Virus record (IMG/VR): IMGVR_UViG_3300017778_001652
Span: 1 to 39,958 of that record
Direction: 5' to 3' (one strand)
Length of the DNA: 39,958 nt
Origin: a virus
Taxonomy: Duplodnaviria; Caudoviricetes
This document shows, piece after piece, positions 22,371 through 32,043 of this stretch (positions within the stretch are counted from its first letter, which is position 1; every line of letters begins with the position of its first letter). A program made the position numbers and the translations under genes. Below the pieces are notes generated by a model. That model did no database searches. It was not told where the DNA came from and saw nothing but the letters and a program-made list of their open reading frames with translations.

Positions 22371-25211
22371 ATGCAAACACACGATTTCCTTTCCGCAGTT
22401 CTTGGGGGCACTGGGTACATATGCGTTTTTGGGGCGAACCCAGCGAAGAAACGTGTAGTCCAGAAGCTGTACGCCACCATTGAAGCTGCTTGTTCCGCAG
22501 CGGATAACCTATGTCAAGAAGGCTTCGATGCCTACTTCGGGTTAGCCCGATTCCAAACAGATAAAAACAGGAGGGCTGACAATGCGCTAAGTCTTAAATC
22601 GTTCTTTCTTGACATTGACTGCGGCGCACACAAAGACGAAACCGAGGGTTACCCCGGTGGGCAGGGTGATGGGCTTGTTGCACTGCGTCAATTTTGTTTT
22701 ACGGTGGGGCTTCCCAAGCCGACCATCATCAGTTCGGGGCGAGGACTACACATATATTGGGTACTGTCATGCCCAATTCAGGTATCTGAGTGGGTTCCCG
22801 TTGCTGAACGGCTTAAAGATTTGTGTGGGATACATGGACTGGTTGCTGATCCTGCGGTTACTTCTGATACAGCGCGAGTGCTTCGTGTACCGGGGACATC
22901 CAATTTCAAGGATAGCCCACCGAGTTCGGTGCAGGTTATCGGGAAGGTTGCCGAGGAAGTAGAGTTTGCAGCGTTCCGAGATTTGCTCGGCGCTCCGAAA
23001 AGCGTACTGAAAAGCGTACCGTTGTCGGACTTAGAAGACGACATCGCATCTTCAATTCTTGGCAACTACAAGAACATTTTCAAGACCATCGTAATCAAGA
23101 CGGCGGAAGGCCGGGGGTGCAACCAACTCAAGCAGATCATCGAGCAGCAAGACACCATCAGCGAACCAATGTGGCGCGGTGGGCTGTCGATCACGAAGTT
23201 TTGTGAAGACGGAGTAAAGGCCGCTCACCGCATTTCATATAAACATCCGGGGTACAGCGCAGACGACACGGCTAGGAAGTTAGATCAGATAAAGGGACCG
23301 TACACATGCACTACCTTTGATAAGTTGAACCCCGGGGTATGTGCATCATGTATGCACATGAATCATGTGAAGAGCCCAATTGTGCTGGGCCGAGAAGTGC
23401 AGGAAGCCCCCGATGATGGTGAGGTTTACGTTGTTGAAGATGTGCCCGAAGTCGCACCGATTGCAGGGAAGCAAAAGTATGTAATACCGAAATACCCAGT
23501 GCCCTACTTCCGAGGAGTACACGGCGGGGTGTTCAAGCGAACCAAAGACAAGCAAGGTGACCCGCTAGAAATTCCGGTTTACCACAACGACTTATATGTT
23601 ACCCGCCGACTGCACGACCCAGAAGTGGGGGAGGCGATGGTAGTTCGATTGCATTTACCGAAGGATGGTGTACGGGAATTCACCATACCTCTTGCAGCAT
23701 CGTTAGCAAAAGATGAGTTCCGAAAATTTATGGCTATGAATGGTGTAGCCATGATGAAGATGGAAGAACTCATGACATACATAACTACATGGGTGAACAA
23801 ATTGCAGAATGACACTAACGCAGATATTGCTAGGCGGCAGTTCGGGTGGACCGACGAGACTTGCTCCGCATTTGTTATCGGGGACAAGGAAATCCACGCG
23901 AACCGCATCGAGCACAACCCACCATCAAGTTCTACGCTTCGCATGTTTAGCATGTGCAAGTCGAAGGGATCGCTGGAGGAATGGAAGAAAGTTGCTGACT
24001 TCTATAACCGTACTGGCATGGAGATGTATCAGTACGTCATCGCGCTTTCTTTCGGTTCTCCGCTGGTCGCCCACAGTCCAGACGGCTCGGCTTTGTTCCA
24101 CATGTTTAGCAAAGACCCCGGCCTCGGAAAGACAACGGCAATGCGAGTGGGTAGCAGTATCTGGGGACACCCGAATGAGATGATGTGCCAAGAGCGCGAC
24201 ACGGCTAACTCTAAGATGAACCGCGCTGAGATTTTCAAGAACGTCTTTTTAACAATGGACGAACTTACAAACATCTTGCCCAAGGATGCAAGTGATCTTG
24301 TCTATGGATTGACAGGCGGCGCACAACGGAATCGGCTTAGTATGGGCGGCAACGTAGAGCGGTTTCGGGGGGATCAATGGCGGCTTAATGCTTGCAGCAC
24401 GGGTAACACCAGCCTCATTAGCCGAATCATGATGTTCAAGGCTATGCCCAAAGCCGAAACCGTTCGCATAGTAGAAGCCCCAGTTACTGCGTACTCGTTT
24501 GATTCCAAGTCTGAGACTGATGCGTTCGGGCAGTTGCTGTTAAATAACTACGGTCATGCGTGTGTACCGTACATGCAGTTACTCATGCAGCGGGGGGATG
24601 AACCCAAGCAGTTGTTCTTTTCTATGCAAGAAAGAATTGACAAAGCCGCAGGGCTATTGCAGCCGCATAGGTTCTGGTCTGCTCAAGCGGCGTCTGCTCT
24701 GGCTGGGGCAGTGATTGCCAAGAAAGCGGGGCTCATTAACTACGACATCCCCGAGTTGTTCAAGTGGATTACGGGAGTGCTTATCCGTAACAAGACTGGC
24801 TATATTGAGAACAACACCAATGCAGAAGAAATCCTCACCACTTTCCTCGCAGAGAACTACAACAACATTCTTCGTATCAAGAGCACCGAGGATGCACGGT
24901 ACACAAACGATGCCGATATCTGCATCATTCCAGACAATGCACCCCGGTTCCAGTTTGTGGCTCGTTATGAATACGACATCAGGCGGCTGTACTTGATTCC
25001 GAAGGTGTTCCGTGAATGGTGCAGCAAACAACAGATTGCGTACACGGATGTTGTGGATGAGCTAAAGGGTGGGCGCACTAAGGCTCACATGAAGAAGCAA
25101 CGGCTCGGTAAGGGCACACGTATGAACCTGCCACCGATGGATGTGCTTGTCTTGAACTGCTCGGACTTCTTGCTTGACCTAGACGAAGATGGCGCTTCGA
25201 CCCCCCACTAG
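22371..25211 (+). CDS. Primase-helicase (AEP/RepB-like N-terminus plus DUF927 helicase)
   Basis: FLDID, SSGRGLHIYW, RVLRVPGT, Cys cluster, FGW, Walker A GLGKTT, Walker B MDE. Confidence 0.9.
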   Translation: MQTHDFLSAVLGGTGYICVFGANPAKKRVVQKLYATIEAACSAADNLCQEGFDAYFGLARFQTDKNRRADNALSLKSFFLDIDCGAHKDETEGYPGGQGDGLVALRQFCFTVGLPKPTIISSGRGLHIYWVLSCPIQVSEWVPVAERLKDLCGIHGLVADPAVTSDTARVLRVPGTSNFKDSPPSSVQVIGKVAEEVEFAAFRDLLGAPKSVLKSVPLSDLEDDIASSILGNYKNIFKTIVIKTAEGRGCNQLKQIIEQQDTISEPMWRGGLSITKFCEDGVKAAHRISYKHPGYSADDTARKLDQIKGPYTCTTFDKLNPGVCASCMHMNHVKSPIVLGREVQEAPDDGEVYVVEDVPEVAPIAGKQKYVIPKYPVPYFRGVHGGVFKRTKDKQGDPLEIPVYHNDLYVTRRLHDPEVGEAMVVRLHLPKDGVREFTIPLAASLAKDEFRKFMAMNGVAMMKMEELMTYITTWVNKLQNDTNADIARRQFGWTDETCSAFVIGDKEIHANRIEHNPPSSSTLRMFSMCKSKGSLEEWKKVADFYNRTGMEMYQYVIALSFGSPLVAHSPDGSALFHMFSKDPGLGKTTAMRVGSSIWGHPNEMMCQERDTANSKMNRAEIFKNVFLTMDELTNILPKDASDLVYGLTGGAQRNRLSMGGNVERFRGDQWRLNACSTGNTSLISRIMMFKAMPKAETVRIVEAPVTAYSFDSKSETDAFGQLLLNNYGHACVPYMQLLMQRGDEPKQLFFSMQERIDKAAGLLQPHRFWSAQAASALAGAVIAKKAGLINYDIPELFKWITGVLIRNKTGYIENNTNAEEILTTFLAENYNNILRIKSTEDARYTNDADICIIPDNAPRFQFVARYEYDIRRLYLIPKVFREWCSKQQIAYTDVVDELKGGRTKAHMKKQRLGKGTRMNLPPMDVLVLNCSDFLLDLDEDGASTPH

Positions 25212-25425
25212 AAAACCAACGGGGGAAATAAACCCCGATGGAGTGCCAATCAATATCGTTTGGGCAGATTTGGTTGTGGGTGCATCTGTATTTGTACCTG
25301 CCATCAACATGACAAGGTTAACTGGGCAGATGCGCCACGCCGCAAAGGCTCGCGGTATGCAACTCAAATGTGTGGAGCGGATCGAGAACGGGAAACTGGG
25401 GATGCGCTTTTGGCGGATGCTGTGA
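25189..25425 (+). CDS. Small conserved DNA-binding-like protein
   Basis: W..L.VGASVFVP...GMRFWR pattern; last rightward gene. Confidence 0.75.
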   Translation: MALRPPTRKPTGEINPDGVPINIVWADLVVGASVFVPAINMTRLTGQMRHAAKARGMQLKCVERIENGKLGMRFWRML

Positions 25426-25478
25426 TATAGTTTCCTCGGGTGGTGCAACGCCACCCTTACGTTCTCTCCTCTCCTTTT

Positions 25479-25506
25479 ACCCCCGGCGTTCTGCCGGGGG
25501 TCTTTT
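25479..25506. terminator. Terminator hairpin between the convergent arms
   Basis: ACCCCCGGC-gttct-GCCGGGGGT-CTTTT; the U tract lies on the plus strand. Confidence 0.75.
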
Positions 25507-28500
25507 CATTCCTCGCCTTCCAACTCATCCCGAAGAGCCATCAACTCTTTCTGCGTTCCGGGGGCTAGGATGATTCCGTTTACAACCTTAGCATTGTTGA
25601 AAGCCCTGCGTGAGCGGGTGATGGTGTCGTTCAAGTTGCCAAGATCGGGGTGCTTCTCGTAAAGTTTTTGGAGTTTCTCGTAAGCCTCTGCAGCCCCTTC
25701 GTAGTCTCCCACCTTCGTGGCTATGTTTAGTTTTTGCAGTTGTTTGGAACGACCCTCTCCAACGGACTTCTCGATGCCCTTCAAGACAGCATTGATCTCA
25801 AGTTCTTTGGTGTATTCGGCGGGGGTGAAGCCCAGCATCTGTGCCCCGGCGTTCCATGCACTAACATCTCCCATAATGGGATCACCACGCAACGTGTTGG
25901 CTCCCTCGGTAGCGAAGCGGATACCCTTCATGATGTTAGCCAGAGCAACGGGGGACATGCTTTCAAGCCCACGTTCAACTTGCCCATCCTGAAGTTGCGA
26001 AATACCGCGCTCCATTCTCGTAACCACGCCAATGAATGGGCCACCCAAAAGTTGAGCGAGGCTGTCAACCACCGTTGAAGAGCCAGAAGAAACTGGGGAT
26101 TCCTTAAAGATCAAGTTGCTCAACCCGATACGCTCGGCAACGGTCAACCCAGTAAGGCTGTTTATCAAGCCCTTATAAAATGTTTCGCCTGTAGTCCCAC
26201 GCACTACAGAACCAAAATCTTCTTCGTCGTCTTCCTTGAACATGTTGTAGATCATTGATACAACACCGAACATGGGCATACCTTGCAGACCAGCAAACAA
26301 CGCCGTCTGCCCCATGATCCCCCCCAACTGCTTAAACGCTGCGCTGCGAACTTCTGGGCTCTCACCCTTCAGGGCTTCCCTAGCAGTTTTGAACAGAAGA
26401 TAGTTCATCTTCACGCCGTAGCTCTTGAACATCCAAAGCACTCGGCCAACAGCATTTTGAGCAATGGGTGGAGCCGCTGCCGCTGCCGTACCACCGTTAA
26501 CTAGTTCTGTAAGGTAGAGGGCTTGCCTTGCTGCGGCTTGTTGTTTCTCTTCCGTCGAAAGTGCTTTCTCTTCTTTTGTAGCCTTTGGGCTACTCAGTCG
26601 TTGCAGTTCCAGATCGTATGCAGCCATCAAGGAAACTTCGCGGTTCATCCGCTCGCCTTGGTGCATGAAAAATCCGCTGGCAGCGTTGACTCGGGCCAAA
26701 GGAGATGCACTGTCTTCGGCTTCCAGCACATCAGACATTTGGGAGCGGTTGAACTGACCCATCTTGCGGCCAAACTCTACAAGTGCCTTGTACTTCCTAA
26801 GATGTTTTGGAATATCTTCCCCATCGAAGTCGATGTTGTCCATCGAGGGCATGGCCGTGCGGGTAAGTTTTTCATCCTTGGAACCCAGCATCTCTACATT
26901 ACGCTTGCCACCACTGCCCATATAAGCAAGGGAGGCGTCCGTTATGGCTTTTTGAGTTGCCCCGTACCCGTACTTACCACCAAGGTAAGGCATCACAATA
27001 AGCGGCATCTGGGACAAGTTAACAAGCGCAGAAGATACGTTAAAGCCGAGCAGGGTGGTGAAGCTGATCGTGTTCAGGATGTTTGCCGCTCTCGACACCG
27101 TAGGTGACTTGGCGAAATCTACTCGACTGCTAAGTTCATCGAAGTATTCTTTTGCAAGCTGGTTGTCTTCGGCCTTGCCGGATTTACCGAGTTCTTTCAC
27201 ATGTCTCAGCATCTCAGACCGTGCTTTGTTAAGCATAGCCGCATACTTCATGTTGGAGATTTGCCGAGAGATACTGAACGACTTCTCGCGCAGCGCACGG
27301 ATCGAGTCTTTGCGGAAACCCAACACGCCCTGCCGTGCAGCGAAAGACTTGGCGAACGCCGTTTCCGGCATTGTGGACAGATACATACGCATGATCTGCT
27401 CCATCGATTCGTCGTAGTTCTTCTGCGCTTCGGTTCCCTCTGGACGGTTTCTTTCCATCAACTGCAGTATCTCATGCACAAATGATGTATTGGGGACATT
27501 CTTGTAGTTGAGTTCTGACAGCTTGGCAAACTTCTGAAGATCGGTAGCCCCCGATTCTTTTAAGATTTCAAGGCGACGTTCACGTTCGCGCTCACCTTCA
27601 AAGGCTTCGATGTATGTCTCGGTGGTGCCTTGGGTGGTAGGTGCGTTGTAGGACAACCAGAATTTACCGTTACGGGTAAGTGGAAAGTACGGATCGATCT
27701 CGCCTTTTTCTATAATCTTTTTAAGCAGTTCGTTCTTGAACTTCTCCCGCAGCACTGGGTCTTCCACCGTTTCATCTACTCGCCCTTCCATAGAGGCGAT
27801 GATTTCTTTACGCAAAGCGGCGTAGTTACTCTTCATCAAGTTGTACATACGTACCGCTTGTGGGCCGAGGGAGGTGAGTTCTTTGTTCAGCTTATCCCAG
27901 TTTGCTAGGGCTTCGGCTTGCGCTTTGGCATCCTTGGAGAACTTATCCACGTAGAACTGGCGGGGCCGAGTTGGGTCTACACCCTCTACCGTACTGCTGT
28001 AAATAACTTCGTTGAAACGATCAATCACCGTCTGGCTTACAGATTTGGCCCACTTGTCCAAGGCAAGGCACACCGACTCGATGCGCTGGTTGCGGGTGTA
28101 TTCATCACCCTTTCGCATGTTGACAAGCTCGTTGATTAACGGGGCGTTGGGGATGTACTTCTTAGCGATGTCCACCATAGTGTCCAACGGCATAACCGCA
28201 AACAACATCTTCTTGGCAAGACGCCCAGCACTACGCACAAACTCATGAACCGCATCGGCTCGTTCTGGCGTCATCCCGGGAAGCTGCTCCAGTGCATTAA
28301 CACCCTCGTTCAGCCAAGATGAAATTTTCGGGTCGCGTGGATTAAGCACAGCCGCATACAGCGCAGTGCCGTCCCGGTAATTTGGTGCGGGGGACAGGAT
28401 CGCCTTGATTGCGTTATCGGCTACGGTGTAGGCAGATTCGAGCGGAACCGATTCTTTACCCATCAAGGTGCGGAACAGATTGCGAATCGTGTGCATGAAC

Positions 28501-31500
28501 CGTTGCCATGCCGAGATCGGTGAACCGTTGTAGTTCAGAGAATTAAGTTTTGCCTTGAACTCGTCATTCGCCCAAGTCTCCGCAACGAACTCATCGAGGC
28601 TCTGAGCACCGTACTCGGTGTCGAGCGAACCCTTCACTTCGTTGAAAAGTTTTGTGAGTTGCTTCGTTACCGGATGCGATGGGTTTGCCAACACATGGGA
28701 CGTAGCCGCATGGGACAGTTCGTGGAACAACGTGTGGGTATTCATGCCCACTTCGGAATCAAGTACGATGGTGTTTGATACGGGGTCGTAGTAACCCGCA
28801 ACGCGCTTACCCGAAGAATCCGTCAGTTTGTGCACCGTACGGACGTTGACATCTGCGGTGACTTTTGCAAACACGCTTGCCAACTCACGGGTGGCCTTGT
28901 CGCCACTTTCGGCCATGAACCTCAACGCTTGTTGCAACTGCCCGTTATACAGTGCCTGACGAATTACAGGATGCAGCGAGGCAGCAAATGGGGATGTGAT
29001 TTCTGAGAACAGCCCTTTTTCAAACCAATCAACCCTACCCTCGACATCATCAAACTCTAAGTCGTCTGCACGGGGGATGCTTCTTTCGGCTGCTAGTTCA
29101 GCATCTTCTTTGGCTTCTTGCGCTGCCGTAGACTCCGCATCAATTTGCTCTTGCACCTTCTCACTGTACCGCGCCCTCTTTTTATCTTTCTTAGCGTAAT
29201 CTTCTTTGCTCTTTTTAGAAACAAGTTTTGTTTCTTTTTTCATGAACTCTTGGAACTGCTTGTTGGCAGTTGTACCAAGGTTCTTTTCTACCCACGTTGC
29301 CGCTGCTTGTGCCGCTTCGCCGCCAGTACCTTCAAAGAACGCTGCTTCAATGCTTGTCTCCCCAGATTTTCTAAAGCGGGGGGTTTCGTGAGCAATGTCA
29401 AAAGCAATGCCGTGCAGCGCATCTACGAGATGTGGCACTTTTGAGAAATAAGATTCTGCGGCCTTGCTTTCGTCTGATTTGTTTTCTTTATCAGCCAGTA
29501 GTTTGGCAACAACTTCTTCGTCCTTTTCGGACACATTCTCACGAAAATCTTTGTTCTGCGTATAACCACTTCCAGTAACTACTTGGAACCGTGCAGTTGC
29601 CCGTCTTTTCTCTAGGGCACGTTGTTGCTCCAGAGCGGTTTGCTTTTCTTTAGTAAAAGCAGGTTTTTCTGTTTTGGGTTCAGTAGGTTTTTCGGTCTTT
29701 GGCTCTTCCGCCTTTGGCTCCGTGGGGGCGGTTTCGACTTTTGCTTCAGTCTTTGCTTTTGACTTTTTGGGTTTTGATTCTGGGGCGGGGGCTTCAGCTT
29801 TTACTTCCGCAGGGGCAACAGGAGCGGGAGCAACAGGAGCGGGAGCAACGGGGGTAGGTTCAGTTATAACGGGGGTAGGTTCAGTTATAGCGGGGGTAGA
29901 TTCAGTTATAGCGGGGGTAGATTCAGTTATAGCGGGGGTAGATTCAGTTATAGCGGGGGGCGTAAAAGTTCCAGAAAGCAAAGAGAGAACGTCAACGTCT
30001 TTACCAGTTGCGGCCTTCCACGCATCTTTCTTTTCCTGCAGTTGTACGTCTAACGCATCAAACTTTTTACGGGCAGGGGAATTCTTGAATGGTGTTTTAC
30101 CGTTACCAGTAAGCAATCCCTGTTTTTGCTGAACGATGCTTGCCATGTCCCGATGCAAGGTTTCGAGATTGCTGGCTGGCGCAGTGGGGGGAGTTACTGG
30201 CGCAGTGGGGGCGTTAGTTAGCCCTGCAATCTCAGCGCGTTTTTGCGCGATACCCGCACGGGCGGCGTACATTTCTGCATCCGTACCAATTATGTCTTGT
30301 TCTATATCTTGAGGGGCTGCAATTTCTTTCTGTAGACGGGCAACTTTAGTTGCAGTATCTTCAACAGGTTCTGCAGTTAGTGCAGGGGGCACTGATCCTT
30401 CTCGAACATCAGGTCCGACAGGAGGAATCCCAGTTGATACCACTCCTGCTGGTTCAGAAACTCCAACTCCTCCGGGGGCTGCTGGTCCGCTGGGCTTGCT
30501 AACCACTCCAACGCTTTCTCCAACTGGTGGAGCGACAGGTACTTCTCCTGCTTTGGCTGTATCGGGTACGACATTTTCGGCTCCTTGTGCGGTGCTTCGT
30601 TTGGCAATCTCCGCTTGAATTGCGGCGATCAGGGGCTTGTTCTGTCCTTCGGGTGTTTTTGCTAACTGCTTCTTTAGTGTCGAAGCCAACTTCTTATCGT
30701 TCCACTCCCGTGCCAATGCTTCCATTGCGGTGGGGGTAGCGGGTACACCTTCAGGTGGTGGGGTGGGGCGTCCGTCAGGTTCGACAGTAGGAACGGGAGG
30801 AGTAACGGGGGCAGCAGGGGCAGTTACTTGTTGCAGTGCAGCAGCAAGTTGATCGGGTGGGACAGTAGAAGAAAGCGCAGGGGTGGGGGTAGCGGGAGCC
30901 GCTTGCGTTTCGACGGGGGGTGCTGCAGCGGCGGCTGCTTCGGCTTCGCGCCTAGCAAGTTCTTCTTGGGCTGTGCGTTTTGCGTAGACAGATTCAGCAA
31001 TAGCACCGGGAGTGCCAAGCACACCGCCACCGATACCGCCTTTGATACCTGCTTCCAACAACCTGTCGATATTTTCCGGGCTGAATACGTCGCCCTTCGC
31101 TCCAGCGGTTTTCTCGGCAAGGATAGACAGAAGTTCTTGAGTACTCTCGGTACCCGCTTCCATACCCACAGTAGCAGCCAGAGATTTAGCCAGCCCCATC
31201 TTAATGCTAGGTGGGACGATAGTGGAACGGTTTACTATCTCACTGGCAACTTTTGCACGGGTTGCAGGGGAGAACTGGGAAAGCAAGCGAGCAGGGATAA
31301 CTGAATCAAGGGCAGCTTGTGCCGCGCCGAACGCAGTGGCGATACCGGGTTCCAGATTACCAGTCTCTTCATAGATACCTTGGAAGGTATCGGGTGCGTT
31401 CAACCCAAGAGAAGAGCCGTAGATACCGAGGTTTGTGCCGAGTTCTTTTGCACTGGGGACTGCTTGTGCCCCTGCTTTTTGAGCGAATCGGGTAGCAAAA

Positions 31501-32030
31501 TCTGTTGCGGCTTCGCCAGTGAGCCCTTTTGCAGCGGCACGTTCTGCAGCAAGTCGGTTAATCCCAGATAGGGCCGCACGTTTAGCCCCCATGCCGACAA
31601 CTCCGGCACCAGTGAGCATAGCCAATATATCCGGGCCGACCTCACCGATAGTTTCAACGCCGTAACCAATAGCGTTACCCGCCCCATCAACATCTTTGTA
31701 CGACTTAAATGCGGTGGGGTATTTTTCTTCTGCCGCTGCACGGGTGGCTTGGGCCTCCCCAAGCTTGCGTTCTGCAAACTCATCGTAGCCCAAAGCCGAA
31801 CCCACCAGTGCGGGAAGCCCTTCTGTAAGGGTACTACCAAGCCCCGACATACTCCTGTTAAAACTATTAGACAGGATTCTTCCCAACCCAAGATTGCGGT
31901 AATCCGGGTTGTACTCTAGAGTACTTGCTTTTTTATCCGCAATATACTGCGCCCGTGCTTGAACTTCCTCTGGGGGCATGTCGTCCGGGAATGACACCGG
32001 ACCATAATTTGGGATGTCAATGATTGGCAT
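25506..32030 (-). CDS. Giant internal virion/ejection protein with a zincin-like (MPTase) domain
   Basis: 2174 aa, last gene of the structural arm; GYYDP..IVL..HTLFHELSH..DEFVAE; Pro/Ala/Thr low-complexity linker; C-terminal helical region. Confidence 0.75.
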   Translation of the reverse strand: MPIIDIPNYGPVSFPDDMPPEEVQARAQYIADKKASTLEYNPDYRNLGLGRILSNSFNRSMSGLGSTLTEGLPALVGSALGYDEFAERKLGEAQATRAAAEEKYPTAFKSYKDVDGAGNAIGYGVETIGEVGPDILAMLTGAGVVGMGAKRAALSGINRLAAERAAAKGLTGEAATDFATRFAQKAGAQAVPSAKELGTNLGIYGSSLGLNAPDTFQGIYEETGNLEPGIATAFGAAQAALDSVIPARLLSQFSPATRAKVASEIVNRSTIVPPSIKMGLAKSLAATVGMEAGTESTQELLSILAEKTAGAKGDVFSPENIDRLLEAGIKGGIGGGVLGTPGAIAESVYAKRTAQEELARREAEAAAAAAPPVETQAAPATPTPALSSTVPPDQLAAALQQVTAPAAPVTPPVPTVEPDGRPTPPPEGVPATPTAMEALAREWNDKKLASTLKKQLAKTPEGQNKPLIAAIQAEIAKRSTAQGAENVVPDTAKAGEVPVAPPVGESVGVVSKPSGPAAPGGVGVSEPAGVVSTGIPPVGPDVREGSVPPALTAEPVEDTATKVARLQKEIAAPQDIEQDIIGTDAEMYAARAGIAQKRAEIAGLTNAPTAPVTPPTAPASNLETLHRDMASIVQQKQGLLTGNGKTPFKNSPARKKFDALDVQLQEKKDAWKAATGKDVDVLSLLSGTFTPPAITESTPAITESTPAITESTPAITEPTPVITEPTPVAPAPVAPAPVAPAEVKAEAPAPESKPKKSKAKTEAKVETAPTEPKAEEPKTEKPTEPKTEKPAFTKEKQTALEQQRALEKRRATARFQVVTGSGYTQNKDFRENVSEKDEEVVAKLLADKENKSDESKAAESYFSKVPHLVDALHGIAFDIAHETPRFRKSGETSIEAAFFEGTGGEAAQAAATWVEKNLGTTANKQFQEFMKKETKLVSKKSKEDYAKKDKKRARYSEKVQEQIDAESTAAQEAKEDAELAAERSIPRADDLEFDDVEGRVDWFEKGLFSEITSPFAASLHPVIRQALYNGQLQQALRFMAESGDKATRELASVFAKVTADVNVRTVHKLTDSSGKRVAGYYDPVSNTIVLDSEVGMNTHTLFHELSHAATSHVLANPSHPVTKQLTKLFNEVKGSLDTEYGAQSLDEFVAETWANDEFKAKLNSLNYNGSPISAWQRFMHTIRNLFRTLMGKESVPLESAYTVADNAIKAILSPAPNYRDGTALYAAVLNPRDPKISSWLNEGVNALEQLPGMTPERADAVHEFVRSAGRLAKKMLFAVMPLDTMVDIAKKYIPNAPLINELVNMRKGDEYTRNQRIESVCLALDKWAKSVSQTVIDRFNEVIYSSTVEGVDPTRPRQFYVDKFSKDAKAQAEALANWDKLNKELTSLGPQAVRMYNLMKSNYAALRKEIIASMEGRVDETVEDPVLREKFKNELLKKIIEKGEIDPYFPLTRNGKFWLSYNAPTTQGTTETYIEAFEGERERERRLEILKESGATDLQKFAKLSELNYKNVPNTSFVHEILQLMERNRPEGTEAQKNYDESMEQIMRMYLSTMPETAFAKSFAARQGVLGFRKDSIRALREKSFSISRQISNMKYAAMLNKARSEMLRHVKELGKSGKAEDNQLAKEYFDELSSRVDFAKSPTVSRAANILNTISFTTLLGFNVSSALVNLSQMPLIVMPYLGGKYGYGATQKAITDASLAYMGSGGKRNVEMLGSKDEKLTRTAMPSMDNIDFDGEDIPKHLRKYKALVEFGRKMGQFNRSQMSDVLEAEDSASPLARVNAASGFFMHQGERMNREVSLMAAYDLELQRLSSPKATKEEKALSTEEKQQAAARQALYLTELVNGGTAAAAAPPIAQNAVGRVLWMFKSYGVKMNYLLFKTAREALKGESPEVRSAAFKQLGGIMGQTALFAGLQGMPMFGVVSMIYNMFKEDDEEDFGSVVRGTTGETFYKGLINSLTGLTVAERIGLSNLIFKESPVSSGSSTVVDSLAQLLGGPFIGVVTRMERGISQLQDGQVERGLESMSPVALANIMKGIRFATEGANTLRGDPIMGDVSAWNAGAQMLGFTPAEYTKELEINAVLKGIEKSVGEGRSKQLQKLNIATKVGDYEGAAEAYEKLQKLYEKHPDLGNLNDTITRSRRAFNNAKVVNGIILAPGTQKELMALRDELEGEE
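29815..29959. repeat. Coding tandem repeats: 15-bp (about 2.3 copies) and 21-bp (about 5.3 copies)
   Basis: CGGGGGTAG(G/A)TTCAGTTATA(A/G) x5 from 29849, encoding PAITEST; GCAACAGGAGCGGGA x2, encoding PVAPA. Confidence 0.95.
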
Positions 32031-32043
32031 AGTGCGGTACTAG

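Noticed and set aside
25179-25454. 91-aa minus-strand ORF with an AGGAG-rich upstream sequence
   Set aside because: It is fully antisense to a credible conserved gene, lies beyond the terminator hairpin, and its RBS spacing is long. The tract is better explained as a plus-strand RNA feature, though not excluded.
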